A stretch of DNA of 64,000 nt from a candidate division FCPU426 bacterium (GCA_963796105.1 CAWCKJ010000004.1:1472001-1536000), one strand, 5' to 3'; counted from the stretch's first letter, positions 28,947 to 39,527 are shown. Notes: generated by a model from the sequence alone, not told the origin. Numbers and translations: made by a program.

Positions 28947-29963
28947 GTGGCGACCATAAAGGACGTGGCGAAGAAAGCTGGAGTAACGATTGGTACCGTT
29001 TCCAGGGTTTTGAACCACAAAAAATGGGTCAGTGACGATTGCAAGGAAAAGGTTTTGGCGGCCATCAAGGATCTTCATTACAAACCCCAAGCCCACGCGA
29101 GGCGCCTTCGACAGAAAGAGTCCCGGATTTTCGGGGTCATCGCTCCCCACCATACGTCCATGTTCAGCAGTCCCTTTTTCACCAATATCATGGAGGGGAT
29201 CGAGGAAGTTTCAGCGGAACACCAGTACCGGCTTTTATTGCACCCATTGAATGACACGGCCCGGGCCCAGCTTTCCTACCGGCTTCTCCTAGGGGACGGG
29301 AGCGTGGATGGAATGTTCGTCTTGAATTCCTGGTCCAACGACGCATCCATCCGGGAATTGATCGAAGCCAGCGTCCCATTCGTCCTGATCAACGGAAAGA
29401 TCACAGGCAAGGAAGAATTGCCCTATGTGGGTTTAAACAACCGGTGCGGGGTCATTAAAGCCATAGCGTATTTAAAGGAACAAGGGCATGAAAGAATCGG
29501 CATGATCAATGGACGCATGACCACGACCAACGCTTTGGAACGCTTCCAGTCTTTCCAGGATGCTCTCGCCGAGAACAAGTTGGAATTCGAGAAGGATTGG
29601 GTCGGCGACGGCGATTTCGAGGAAGAAGGAGGGTTCAAGGCTTGCCTCCAGATCATGAAAGCCATTCGCAAACCCAGCGCCATTCTTTGCGCCAACGACT
29701 TGATGGCAATGGGGGCCATCCGCGCCTTGAAATCACTTGGCTTGATGGTTCCTGAGAATATTTCCATCGTGGGATTTGACAATATGGAGGAAGCGGCTTA
29801 CAACCAGCCGGCCCTGACCACCGTTTCCTATTCCCCTTATGAGATGGGGAAAAAAGCGGCCCAGAAGATGTTCCAATTGGTCGCGGGTGAAAAGCTGAAG
29901 GAAAACGCCACCATCCTGGAATCCCAGTTGATCGAAAGGAATTCCACCAAGAAGATTAATTAG
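28947..29963 (+). CDS. LacI-family transcriptional regulator
   Basis: TIKDVAKKAGVTIGTVSRVLN HTH; ANDLMAMG, SIVGFDN and PALTTV motifs. Confidence 0.95.
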   Translation: MATIKDVAKKAGVTIGTVSRVLNHKKWVSDDCKEKVLAAIKDLHYKPQAHARRLRQKESRIFGVIAPHHTSMFSSPFFTNIMEGIEEVSAEHQYRLLLHPLNDTARAQLSYRLLLGDGSVDGMFVLNSWSNDASIRELIEASVPFVLINGKITGKEELPYVGLNNRCGVIKAIAYLKEQGHERIGMINGRMTTTNALERFQSFQDALAENKLEFEKDWVGDGDFEEEGGFKACLQIMKAIRKPSAILCANDLMAMGAIRALKSLGLMVPENISIVGFDNMEEAAYNQPALTTVSYSPYEMGKKAAQKMFQLVAGEKLKENATILESQLIERNSTKKIN

Positions 29964-29991
29964 CTTAAGAAGCTTGTGAATGTTTTTTAAC

Positions 29992-30015
29992 AAGGCCCCC
30001 TCGAGGGCCTTTTTT
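29992..30015 (+). terminator. Intrinsic terminator
   Basis: AAGGCCC-CCTCGA-GGGCCTT followed by T tract. Confidence 0.65.
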
Positions 30016-30065
30016 ATTTTCCGTGAAAAACCTAACATAAGGACCATGGAATCGAGAAAACAACG

Positions 30066-31853
30066 ATGAAAATTTTCCGTTTTATTACCTTATTCCCCTT
30101 TCTATTCATAACGGCGGTCTGGGCCCAGGATTCCAAACCGGTTGCTTCCAACAGTTCCCAAGCAGTCAAAGCCGAGGGGTTTCCTTCCTTAAAACCCGTT
30201 CACGCGGGCGAATCCTTCACGATAGCCGTACGCCTAAGCATCCAGGAGGGATGGCATGTCAACGCCCACAGCGGGCTTCCCGAGTATTTTATTCCGGCCG
30301 TAGTTTCCCTTGGATCCGGTGCGTCCGCTGATTTCTTATCGTCTGTACGATATCCACCCGGCGTCCCGAAACAATTGGGAGGAATGAGTAAGCCATTTCC
30401 GGTTTACGAGAAGGAGGCTGTTTTTTACGCCGACATCAGGCTCAATGACGGGGTAAAAACAGGTCCTCTCGAATTGCCCCTTCAAGTGCAAGTTCAAGCC
30501 TGCAATGACCGGGTCTGCCTGGCCCCGGCTGTCTTGCCTGTAACGGTTTCCCTGGAAATAGCGGGACTCAACCAGCCGGTCGCTCCATTCCATCCGGAAC
30601 TTTTTAAAACGATTCCCGAATCAGCCGTAGGCGTTTCCGAGAACATCATCGCCAAGTTTTTGAGGGAAAAAGGCATTTTCCTTACCTTCATCCTTATTTT
30701 CATGGGGGGGCTGGCCTTGAACTTGACCCCTTGCGTTTATCCCATGATCCCCATCACGGTTTCCTATTTTGGAAGCCAGAAAACAGAAAACGCGCCTGTC
30801 ATTCTGGCCCGGGCCCTGGCATATGTCGTGGGGATTTCGGTGACCTATTCCTCCCTGGGAGTGACGGCCGCCATGACCGGAAAGATCCTGGGTTCCACCC
30901 TTCAATCCCCCTATGTCCTTATTGGCATTTCCCTCCTGCTGGCGGCCTTGTCCCTATCCATGTTTGGGCTTTACGAAATCCAAGCCCCGTCCTGGCTGCT
31001 GAATAAAGTGGCTGCGGGAAACAGCCGGGGCTGGATCGGGGCCCTGGGGATGGGCCTGGTCTTTGGCATCGTGGCGGCCCCCTGTGTGGACCCCTTTTCC
31101 ATCGGACTCCTGACCTACGTGGCGGCCAAGGCCAATCCCTATTTGGGTTTTCTCATGTTCTTCACGCTTTCCCTGGGACTGGGTTTTCCCTATCTCTGGC
31201 TGGGCTTCTTCTCCAATGAAATCCAACGGCTTCCCAAGTCGGGGATGTGGATGGTTTGGGTCAAGAAGGTTTTCGGGATGGTTCTTCTAGGGATGCCTCT
31301 TTATTTCCTGCATCCCCTTCTTCCGGCCGATTTCAGCCGTTACGCGGTTCCTTCCTATTTGGCCCTGTCCGGGATTTTACTTGGATGGGTTTTTTTAGGA
31401 AACGGCGTGACGGGGGGGTTTAGGAAATTCCAACGTTCTTTCGGCTTGATCCTCTTTATATTCGGAATTTTCGTTTATAAATCCTGGCCCCAGCCGGTCG
31501 AACTGCCTTTTCAAAATTACGATTTGAGCTTGGTGCGGGAGGCTCAAAAACAAAACAAGCCGGTCTTCATCGATTTCTCGGCTTCCTGGTGCCTCCCCTG
31601 CAAGGAACTTGAGATAAGGACTTTTTCCGATCCGAAAGTCCATAGGGCGTTTCAATCCTGGGTCATGCTCAAAGCGGACTTGAGCCAATATTCCTCTGAG
31701 CCGGTGGAAGAATTAAAAAAAAGTTACCATATTTTGGGAGTTCCTACTTTGGTATTTTTAGGAGCGGATGGAAAGGAGAGGGTAGGACTCAGAACGGTCG
31801 GCTTTATTCCCGTTCCCCAACTTTTGGATAAGATCAATCAAACCGAGAAATAA
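30066..31853 (+). CDS. dsbD: Thiol:disulfide interchange protein DsbD
   Basis: N-domain QACNDRVC, TM LTPCVYPMIP and APC, thioredoxin WCLPC. Confidence 0.9.
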   Translation: MKIFRFITLFPFLFITAVWAQDSKPVASNSSQAVKAEGFPSLKPVHAGESFTIAVRLSIQEGWHVNAHSGLPEYFIPAVVSLGSGASADFLSSVRYPPGVPKQLGGMSKPFPVYEKEAVFYADIRLNDGVKTGPLELPLQVQVQACNDRVCLAPAVLPVTVSLEIAGLNQPVAPFHPELFKTIPESAVGVSENIIAKFLREKGIFLTFILIFMGGLALNLTPCVYPMIPITVSYFGSQKTENAPVILARALAYVVGISVTYSSLGVTAAMTGKILGSTLQSPYVLIGISLLLAALSLSMFGLYEIQAPSWLLNKVAAGNSRGWIGALGMGLVFGIVAAPCVDPFSIGLLTYVAAKANPYLGFLMFFTLSLGLGFPYLWLGFFSNEIQRLPKSGMWMVWVKKVFGMVLLGMPLYFLHPLLPADFSRYAVPSYLALSGILLGWVFLGNGVTGGFRKFQRSFGLILFIFGIFVYKSWPQPVELPFQNYDLSLVREAQKQNKPVFIDFSASWCLPCKELEIRTFSDPKVHRAFQSWVMLKADLSQYSSEPVEELKKSYHILGVPTLVFLGADGKERVGLRTVGFIPVPQLLDKINQTEK

Positions 31854-31909
31854 AGCCGTGAGGTATCTTGAAAACAAAACGGGAAATAAAAAAAGGCAGT
31901 TGATGAGGG

Positions 31910-32107
31910 TTAATCTTCCTCGACCAGGGTGAATTCGCGGTGATGGGAAAAACAGGATGGGCATTTCTCGGGAAGGCCTGTCTTGCGGTGAACCAACTGT
32001 CCACAAGTGAAACACCGCCATAATAGTTCCCTCAAATCCGAGTTGGCGTCGTATAGGTAGTTGTGGAGGATTTTGATTTTAGATTCAAACTTTAAAGTGG
32101 TGGACAT
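31910..32107 (-). CDS. Small rubredoxin-like zinc/iron ribbon protein
   Basis: WRCFTCG...PEKCPSC; AGAGGGG RBS. Confidence 0.65.
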   Translation of the reverse strand: MSTTLKFESKIKILHNYLYDANSDLRELLWRCFTCGQLVHRKTGLPEKCPSCFSHHREFTLVEED

Positions 32108-32320
32108 CGAAGACCCCCTCTTTTCCGAATCTCCCCCTTGCCTAAATTCATTTATTACTTTACTACCGAAAAGGGGAGATTGGAAATTTTGGTAGGGTGA
32201 AATGAGTTAAAAGGTTAACATTCAAAATCAAAACCCGGTTTTCCATAAGGTTTTAGGTTAAAACGGAAATATCGTTTAATTTACAATAACTCGATGTTTC
32301 CAAGAAAAACCAGTTTCTGG

Positions 32321-33679
32321 TCATTCTCCCAGTTTCCGCAGAGTCTCAAAAGAATAGATGCCGGTCCCATGACCGTCGGACCATTGAAAATGAAGTGCGT
32401 AGCGGCCGACCGGATCCACCCCGGTAATGTGGACATTGGAATCTATGGATTCGATATTCACCATCCTTTCCCCGGTCATCTCGTTCACACAGGAAGCGCA
32501 GGGGCACATGCCGCGTAAATAGCGGTTCGGATATCGAAGGGTTTTATCGTCGTCCCACTTGATCACCGTGACTTTTTCGTCCTGAGTGTCCACTTCCCTG
32601 GGCCGTTTGGAGACCTTTCCGGTTTCCTCATTAATGATGGAAAGCTGGGATGCCATCTGCCGCGCGATTTGGCCGTAAGCCTTGGCTGAAAGGGAATCGG
32701 GATGAGAAGCCACTGTGGGAATGCCTGAATCCCCATCCTCCGCCACCAGCGCTTCCAGGGGTATTTCTCCCAGGAAAGGAACAGCCAATTTCCCGGCCAT
32801 TTCCCTTCCTCCGCCTTTTTTGAAAATTTCCGTGATTTTCCCGCAATGTCCGCAAACGAAGCCGCTCATGTTTTCCACGATGCCGATAATGGGAACTTGG
32901 ACCTGCTGGAACATGCGCAGCCCCTTTTGGGTGATGACCCGCGCCACGTCCTGGGGGGTCGTCACGAGAACAGCCCCCGCCAGGGGAACGGACTGAGTGA
33001 GGGTCAGTTGGATATCGCCTGTTCCCGGGGGGAGGTCTATCAATAGGTAGTCTAAAGCGCCCCATTCCACTTCGGCCAGGAATTGCTGGACCAGCTTGCT
33101 GGCCATGGGGCCCCGCCAAATAAGGGCCGTGTCGCTATTTTCCTGGAGCATGCCCACGGACATGAATTTTATGCCGTGCTTCTCGAAGGGAATCATCTTC
33201 TTGGAGAGGGGATCCATCCCGGGCTGTTTGCCTTCCACGCCCAACATACGAGGGATGGAAGGACCATAGACATCCGCGTCCATCAATCCCACTTGGGCCC
33301 CGGTTTTGGCGAGGGCCAAGGCCAGGTTGGAGGAAACGGTGCTTTTCCCCACGCCTCCTTTTCCGGAAGCGATGGCGATCAAGTTCTTGACCGTGGGCAT
33401 GTTCAGGTTCTTGATGCCGGTAGGGGCTTGTTTCACGTTGGAGGTCATTTGGACCTCCACTTGTGTGACGCCGGGAATTTTTTTGACAGCTTCCAAAGCC
33501 TGGGACTTGAATTGATCCTTAACGGGGCAAGCAGGCGTGGTCATTTCAATCTCGAAACTTACCTTTCCCCCCTCCATTTTCAGATTTTTAATGAAACCCA
33601 AAGTGACAATATCCTGGTGCAGGTCAGGATCCTTGATGCCCCGAAGGGCGTTAAACACCGCCTGCTCCGAAATACCCAT
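32321..33679 (-). CDS. mrp: Mrp/ApbC Fe-S carrier ATPase with N-terminal DUF59-like and C-terminal DUF971-like domains
   Basis: SGKGGVGKS, DLPPGTGD, ENMSGFVCGHC; C-terminal LRGMCPCASC...VGRYAL...WSDGHGTGIYS. Confidence 0.9.
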   Translation of the reverse strand: MGISEQAVFNALRGIKDPDLHQDIVTLGFIKNLKMEGGKVSFEIEMTTPACPVKDQFKSQALEAVKKIPGVTQVEVQMTSNVKQAPTGIKNLNMPTVKNLIAIASGKGGVGKSTVSSNLALALAKTGAQVGLMDADVYGPSIPRMLGVEGKQPGMDPLSKKMIPFEKHGIKFMSVGMLQENSDTALIWRGPMASKLVQQFLAEVEWGALDYLLIDLPPGTGDIQLTLTQSVPLAGAVLVTTPQDVARVITQKGLRMFQQVQVPIIGIVENMSGFVCGHCGKITEIFKKGGGREMAGKLAVPFLGEIPLEALVAEDGDSGIPTVASHPDSLSAKAYGQIARQMASQLSIINEETGKVSKRPREVDTQDEKVTVIKWDDDKTLRYPNRYLRGMCPCASCVNEMTGERMVNIESIDSNVHITGVDPVGRYALHFQWSDGHGTGIYSFETLRKLGE

Positions 33680-33788
33680 GATTTTCTCCTTCGAAAATTG
33701 GCTATTTGACCGCTCATTAAGACTTTAACAAGTGTAGAAAAAATGAACCTTAAAAAATTGAAACTAGTTATCAGACAATAACCAATAG

Positions 33789-33986
33789 ATACCGGCAGAG
33801 TTTAGCGGGGTTTACCCCTTCGCATCGTCATAAAACCTATGTTCCTGTTGGTGGTAACATCGGTTCCCGGCCTCATAATTGCAAGATGTCCGTGGTTTTA
33901 TTCGAGCTCTTGGACCCTCTTTCGAACCAGATTCAATTTCATGGTCAGGTTGACCACAAATCGCGCTTATGTTTTATGTCCGGTAT
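33789..33986. ncRNA. Candidate rod-shaped ncRNA (6S-like size and shape; strand unknown)
   Basis: Nested complementary segments across ~200 nt in a gene-free divergent gap. Confidence 0.35.
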
Positions 33987-34139
33987 TTCACGGAGTACGA
34001 AACCCAGAGAAGAGTTCAATTTTCCCGTGAAAACAAGTAAAATATCTATTGCTCCTAGAAAATATTTTCAAGTCCTTTTGTAAATGATTTGTCCCATACC
34101 CCCCTCACAAGGGGGGAATTTCCGGAAACGAAGGTATCC

Positions 34140-36638
34140 ATGAAAGCCATCATTATGGCGGGTGGGTTTGGAACCCGCATGAGGCCTTTAACCATTAATC
34201 TTCCCAAACCCATGATCCCCATGGTGAACCGTCCCATCATGGAAATCATCGTGGAACTCCTCAAGAAACATTCTTTGACCGACGTAATCAGCGTTATCTA
34301 TTACCAACCGGAGACCATCACGGAATATTTCCGGGATGGGACCGAATTTGGGATTCAATTGATGTACAAGGCGGCCGAGAGCGACCTGGGAACGGCGGGC
34401 TCTGTCAAGATTTGTCAATCCTTGATCGAGGACAAGTTCATTGTCATCTCGGGGGACGTTCTCACCGATTTCAACCTCACCGAGGCCATCCGGTTCCACG
34501 ATAAGAATAAAGCCAAGGCCACCATGGTTTTGACAAGGGTTGAAAACCCCCTGGCTTTCGGAGTGGTCATTACCGATAAGGACGGGAAAATCCAAAGATT
34601 CCTCGAGAAACCAACCTGGGGGGAAGTCTTTTCCGACACCGTCAACACGGGGATCTATATCCTGGAACCGGACGTCCTGGACATGATTCCCGCCAACGAG
34701 GAATTCGATTTTTCCAAGAATCTCTTTCCCCTCATGCTTGAAAAAGGCATTCCCCTCTACGGCTACATTGCCGAGGGTTATTGGGCCGACATTGGCAATT
34801 TGGACCAATACCGCCTGGCCCATCAGGATGTTTTCGCGGGCAAGGTGGATGTCCAAATCAAGGGTTCCCGGCTGAACAAGATCGGCAAGGAGATCTGGGC
34901 GGGCGAAAAAACCCATATCGACTCCACGGCCCAGTTGTCCGGGACGGTGGTTCTCGGGGAGGGCTGTAATATCGGCAAGTACGCCAAAATCACCAATTCC
35001 GTCCTGGGAGACGGCTGCCAGGTGGAGGAGGGGGCGGTCTTGACCAATGCCATTTTATGGAGGAATGTTTCCATCGGCGCCGAGGCGCAAGTGAGGGAGT
35101 GCGTGGTGGCCTCCGGTACCGACGTTCGGGAAAAGGCCAACATTTTCGAGGGGGCCATCGTCTCGGATAATTGCACCATCGGGCGTGACGCGGTCGTCAA
35201 GGCGGGGGTCAAGGTCTGGCCCAATAAGGTCGTGGAGGACGGGGCCAGGCTTTCCACTTCCCTGGTTTGGGGCGACAAGTGGGCCCGATCCATCTTCGGG
35301 CAGCACGGCGTCACGGGAATGGCGGGCATCGACATGACTCCGGAGTTCGCGGGAAAGCTGGGGGCGGCCTATGGGGTGTCCCTGCCCAAGGGCTCCACGG
35401 TTCTCACCTCGCGGGACATTCACAAGACCAGCCGCATGATCAACCGCGCCCTCATTTCCGGCATTCTTTCCTCGGGAGTCAATGTGCACGACCTACAGGA
35501 GATGCCCATCTCGGTGGCCAGGTACGCCGTCCCGAAACTTTCCGACGCGGGGGGGCTCCACACCCGCAAGAGCCCGTTTGACAAGCAGTTCATCGACATG
35601 AAATTCTTTGACGGGCGGGGCATGGCCCTCTCCTCCGGCAAGGAAAAGGGGATCGAGAATCTCTTCTACCGCGAGGATTTCCGCAGGGCCACAATGGAGG
35701 AGACAGGGGAGCTGATGTTCCCCCACCGGATGCTGGAGTTCTATCACCAGGGTTTCCTGGACGCCTTGGACGTGAAATCCATCCTGGACTACAAACCCAA
35801 GGTGGTCATTGATTACGCTTTCTCCGCCGCCGCTCCCATCTTTCCGCTTCTTTTGGGTAAATTGGGATGTGAGGTAGTGGCCCTGAACGCCTATATGGAC
35901 GAGACCAAACTCACCAAGACCCCGGAGGAATTCCAGGCGTCCCTCAAGCAGATGACCGACATCGTCCCGACCCTGCGGGCCAATTTTGGGGTTTTATTTG
36001 ACTCGGGCGCCGAGAAGATTTTCGTCGTGGATGAGAAGGGACATCTTCTGGGAGGGACTGAACTCCTGGCGGTTTTTTCCCTTTTCACCTATCACACCCA
36101 CCAGGGCGCGAAGACGGTGGTTCCCGTCAATAGCTCCCAGGTCCTGGACGATTTGGCGAAAGCCAACGGCGGAACGGTAGTTCATTCCCGAACGACTTAC
36201 TTCTCCCTCATGGAGGCGGCCACCCAGAAAGACGTGCTGCTTGTGGGGGAATCGGACGGGGGCTTCATTTTTCCGGGTTTCGCCCCCTTCATGGACGCCA
36301 TGATGTCCACAGCGAAACTGATGGAATTCATCGCCCTGGAAGGCAAGCCCATCTCCCATTACCTGAGGGAAATCCCCAAAAAAGTAGAGATCATCCAGAA
36401 AGTCCATTGTTCCTGGGAGTTGAAGGGAAGCATCATGCGCCAGCTCATCGAGGATACGGCGAACGAGAAACGGGAGCTCATTGACGGGGTGAAGATTCAT
36501 CACAACGGTTCCTCGGTCATGATCCTTCCCGACGCTGACATGGCCCTATTCCACGTTTCCGCTGAGGCTGAAAATGAGGAAAAAGCCCAGGAGCTGGTGA
36601 CGGCTTTTGTGGAGAAAATCAAGAAGTGGCAGGGATAA
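34140..36638 (+). CDS. Mannose-1-phosphate guanylyltransferase with hexapeptide repeats and phosphomutase-like C-terminal half
   Basis: MAGGFGTRMRPLT..PKPM, DLGTAG and YWADIG motifs; left-handed beta-helix repeats; PMM-like domains. Confidence 0.88.
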   Translation: MKAIIMAGGFGTRMRPLTINLPKPMIPMVNRPIMEIIVELLKKHSLTDVISVIYYQPETITEYFRDGTEFGIQLMYKAAESDLGTAGSVKICQSLIEDKFIVISGDVLTDFNLTEAIRFHDKNKAKATMVLTRVENPLAFGVVITDKDGKIQRFLEKPTWGEVFSDTVNTGIYILEPDVLDMIPANEEFDFSKNLFPLMLEKGIPLYGYIAEGYWADIGNLDQYRLAHQDVFAGKVDVQIKGSRLNKIGKEIWAGEKTHIDSTAQLSGTVVLGEGCNIGKYAKITNSVLGDGCQVEEGAVLTNAILWRNVSIGAEAQVRECVVASGTDVREKANIFEGAIVSDNCTIGRDAVVKAGVKVWPNKVVEDGARLSTSLVWGDKWARSIFGQHGVTGMAGIDMTPEFAGKLGAAYGVSLPKGSTVLTSRDIHKTSRMINRALISGILSSGVNVHDLQEMPISVARYAVPKLSDAGGLHTRKSPFDKQFIDMKFFDGRGMALSSGKEKGIENLFYREDFRRATMEETGELMFPHRMLEFYHQGFLDALDVKSILDYKPKVVIDYAFSAAAPIFPLLLGKLGCEVVALNAYMDETKLTKTPEEFQASLKQMTDIVPTLRANFGVLFDSGAEKIFVVDEKGHLLGGTELLAVFSLFTYHTHQGAKTVVPVNSSQVLDDLAKANGGTVVHSRTTYFSLMEAATQKDVLLVGESDGGFIFPGFAPFMDAMMSTAKLMEFIALEGKPISHYLREIPKKVEIIQKVHCSWELKGSIMRQLIEDTANEKRELIDGVKIHHNGSSVMILPDADMALFHVSAEAENEEKAQELVTAFVEKIKKWQG

Positions 36639-36826
36639 AAGAAGAAGCATTCGTTCGGTTATTTTTGGTGGTAGAGATTATTCGGCAGGCTGGGCTCATA
36701 GCAAAAGCATCATCCATGGTGTGTTTATTCCCGTTTGCCCCGTTCAGGTTAAAAACATTGCCAAATATTCCTGTTTTCCGTAAACTCTCTTAACTTTTCA
36801 ACTTTGATCCTATAAGGGATGTCATT

Positions 36827-38263
36827 TTGGCGAAAATCACATTTGGAACCTCCGGGTGGCGGGCGATATTAGCGGAAGATTTCACCTTCGCGAATGTCAA
36901 GATCGCGGTGGCGGCCATAGCCCAGCACCTTCAACAAGAAGGTTTGACAGCCCAGGGATTGGTGGTCGCGGGGGACTACCGCTTCCTTTCAGAGGAGTTC
37001 ATGGAGCTGACCGCCGGGGTCTTGGCGGGCCATGGAATCACCGCCTATATGTGTCCGGTCGGCACGCCCACCCCCACTGTTTCCTACGAGTTAATCCGCC
37101 GAAAGGCGGCGGGTTCCATTAATTTCACGGCCAGCCACAATCCGGCCACTTATCAAGGGTTGAAATTCAACGGGCCGGACGGAGGCCCTGCCTACCCGGA
37201 AGTCACGAAAAAATTGGAAGCCTTGGCGGCCAGCATCGCGGCTGAAGGGGGTCTCGTTCCCGAAATGGCCTTTAAAAAAGCCGTGGAAAAGGGAATGGCG
37301 GTGCCCATTGATCCGAAGCAAGCTTATTTCGCCAGGATCAGGGAATTGATCCGATTTGACATCATCAAGAAAGCCAAACTCAAGATCGTCTTGGACCTGA
37401 TGCACGGCAATGGGTTGGGATACATCGACACCCTTCTCCAGGAAGCCGGCATCAACCTGAAAGTGCTGCATAACACCCGGGACCCGTTTTTCGGCGGCAG
37501 GGGGCATCATCCGGAGCCGGGTCCGGAGGAACTCAAGGAAGCTATCCACCTGGTAAAAACCTTGCCGGCCCATTTGGGCCTCGCCAATGACGGGGACGCG
37601 GACCGTTTCGGGGTCATCGATGGGGATGGAACCTTTATTATTCCGAATGTCGTTCTTCCCATTCTCTTCGAGCACCTCCTGAATACCCGGGATTGGAAGG
37701 GATGCGTGGTCCGAACCCTTCCCACCACCCACCTCATTGACGCCATCGCGGAAGCCCACATGATCCCCGTGAGGGAAACGCCTGTAGGATTCAAGCACAT
37801 CGCGAAGGTCATGTCCGAGGAGCCCATTATCATCGGGGGAGAGGAATCGGGCGGCCTCACCGTTCATGGGCACGTGCCCGAGAAAGACGGCATCCTTGCG
37901 AACCTTCTCATGGCCGAGGTGGTGGCCACCGAAGGGAAGAACCTCTCGGCGGTTCTCCGGAATCTTTTCCAGAAATACGGGCCCTTTTACAGCGACCGCT
38001 TGAACATCGAGATCGACAAGGGAATTAGGGAAGCTATGACCGCCAAACTCAAGGACAATCCTCCATCGGAAGTGATTGAAAAACGCGTGGTGGATATCAA
38101 CCGGAAAGACCCGGACGGCACCAAACTCATCCTGGAGGACGATGAATGGCTCATGGTGCGGTTTTCCGGCACCGAACCCCTTATGCGCTGTTACATGGAA
38201 GCCCATTCCCTGTCTGACCTTGAAAAATTGAGGAAAGCCGGAAAAGAAATAACCCAAAGCTGA
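36827..38263 (+). CDS. Phosphoglucomutase/phosphomannomutase
   Basis: FGTSGWR, TASHNP, DGDADR, GEESG and RFSGTEP motifs. Confidence 0.93.
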   Translation: MAKITFGTSGWRAILAEDFTFANVKIAVAAIAQHLQQEGLTAQGLVVAGDYRFLSEEFMELTAGVLAGHGITAYMCPVGTPTPTVSYELIRRKAAGSINFTASHNPATYQGLKFNGPDGGPAYPEVTKKLEALAASIAAEGGLVPEMAFKKAVEKGMAVPIDPKQAYFARIRELIRFDIIKKAKLKIVLDLMHGNGLGYIDTLLQEAGINLKVLHNTRDPFFGGRGHHPEPGPEELKEAIHLVKTLPAHLGLANDGDADRFGVIDGDGTFIIPNVVLPILFEHLLNTRDWKGCVVRTLPTTHLIDAIAEAHMIPVRETPVGFKHIAKVMSEEPIIIGGEESGGLTVHGHVPEKDGILANLLMAEVVATEGKNLSAVLRNLFQKYGPFYSDRLNIEIDKGIREAMTAKLKDNPPSEVIEKRVVDINRKDPDGTKLILEDDEWLMVRFSGTEPLMRCYMEAHSLSDLEKLRKAGKEITQS

Positions 38264-38429
38264 TTCCAATCATCCCGAACTTTCCTCTCAATTGATTTTC
38301 ATCATGCTATTCCCCCGTCTTTTGCGATAAACTAATCCCGTGTTTACCGATTAACCATATTGAGACTGTTGAAAAAGTCCCGTCGAAGATGGGTTTTTCA
38401 ACACTCCCATTTTAAAAGGGCTCTTCATA

Positions 38430-39470
38430 ATGTTCTCGGAATCTGTCCTGAAGGCGATTAAATCCCGAATCATGAAAGTATTGGTTCCCATGATTCTTTG
38501 GTTTGCCTTGGGAACTGGCGCGGGAGTCATCGCCGCCCAATATATCCAAGATTCGGTGATTGTTGAATACATCGGGGTGGGAACCGCATTTATTCTGATC
38601 TTATGGTGGGTCTTTTTATCCTGGTGGATCAAATCCGAATGGCTCCTGGATCTACAGGGCTACCTGCTGGAGAATAAAATCCTACCTTTTAACTTCGTCA
38701 AGTTCAGCCGTTGCCTCCCCTGGACCGCGGGCGTCCAAAAGGAAAAGCTGATGCGGTCTGTCGCGGGGGAATATTACAACCTAAGGGAAAAAGCTTCTCG
38801 AACCCAGCAAACCCTTGAGAAATATGTTGGAAGTAATATCTCATCAAAGGCCGAGGAAAAGGCTAATCGTTCCGAGTTGGGCGGAGAGCTCAAGAGGGTC
38901 TATGTGCTATTTTCCGATTTGAGGGGTTTCACCCACATGACCGAGCAGCTCAAACCCGAGGAGACGGTCGATATTTTAAACAAGATGTTCACAGCCATGG
39001 CGGAGGTCATTACGCAAAACGGGGGCGACATCAACAAGTTCATCGGCGACGCCATTTTCGCTTACTTCCGCAGGCCCTACGGAAACGAGGGGGAAGCGGC
39101 CAAGCCCGTTCTGCGGGCTGCCCTGCGCATGCAGGACCGGTTCGATTTCCTGAACAAGGGCTTCAAGGCGGCCTATGGGGAACAACTGGATATCGGTTTG
39201 GGGATCGGCGTGGCCGCCGGCACGGCCATCATGGGAAACCTGGGATCGGCCAACCGCATGGAATTCACCCTCATCGGCGATACGATCAACCTGGCTTCGC
39301 GGCTATGCGGCATCGCCAAAGCCGGACAGATCCTGGTGAACGAGGAAATGGCCGAGGTGTCCCAGGATTATTTTGAGATGACGGCGCTGCCGGCGGTCCA
39401 AATCAAGGGGAAATCCGGCCTGCATACCCCCTACCAAGTGTCGGGCGAGCGGTTGACCATGAGCCGTTGA
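38430..39470 (+). CDS. Class III adenylate cyclase, two TM helices
   Basis: FSDLRGFT, KFIGDA and TLIGDTINLASRL motifs. Confidence 0.88.
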   Translation: MFSESVLKAIKSRIMKVLVPMILWFALGTGAGVIAAQYIQDSVIVEYIGVGTAFILILWWVFLSWWIKSEWLLDLQGYLLENKILPFNFVKFSRCLPWTAGVQKEKLMRSVAGEYYNLREKASRTQQTLEKYVGSNISSKAEEKANRSELGGELKRVYVLFSDLRGFTHMTEQLKPEETVDILNKMFTAMAEVITQNGGDINKFIGDAIFAYFRRPYGNEGEAAKPVLRAALRMQDRFDFLNKGFKAAYGEQLDIGLGIGVAAGTAIMGNLGSANRMEFTLIGDTINLASRLCGIAKAGQILVNEEMAEVSQDYFEMTALPAVQIKGKSGLHTPYQVSGERLTMSR

Positions 39471-39527
39471 TGAAAGGACCTAACACGAATTTTTCCTGTT
39501 TATTCTCAAGAGAACGGGCGAAGTGAA

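Noticed and set aside
37091..38269. 392-aa minus-strand ORF
   Set aside because: Antisense shadow of the phosphomutase gene.
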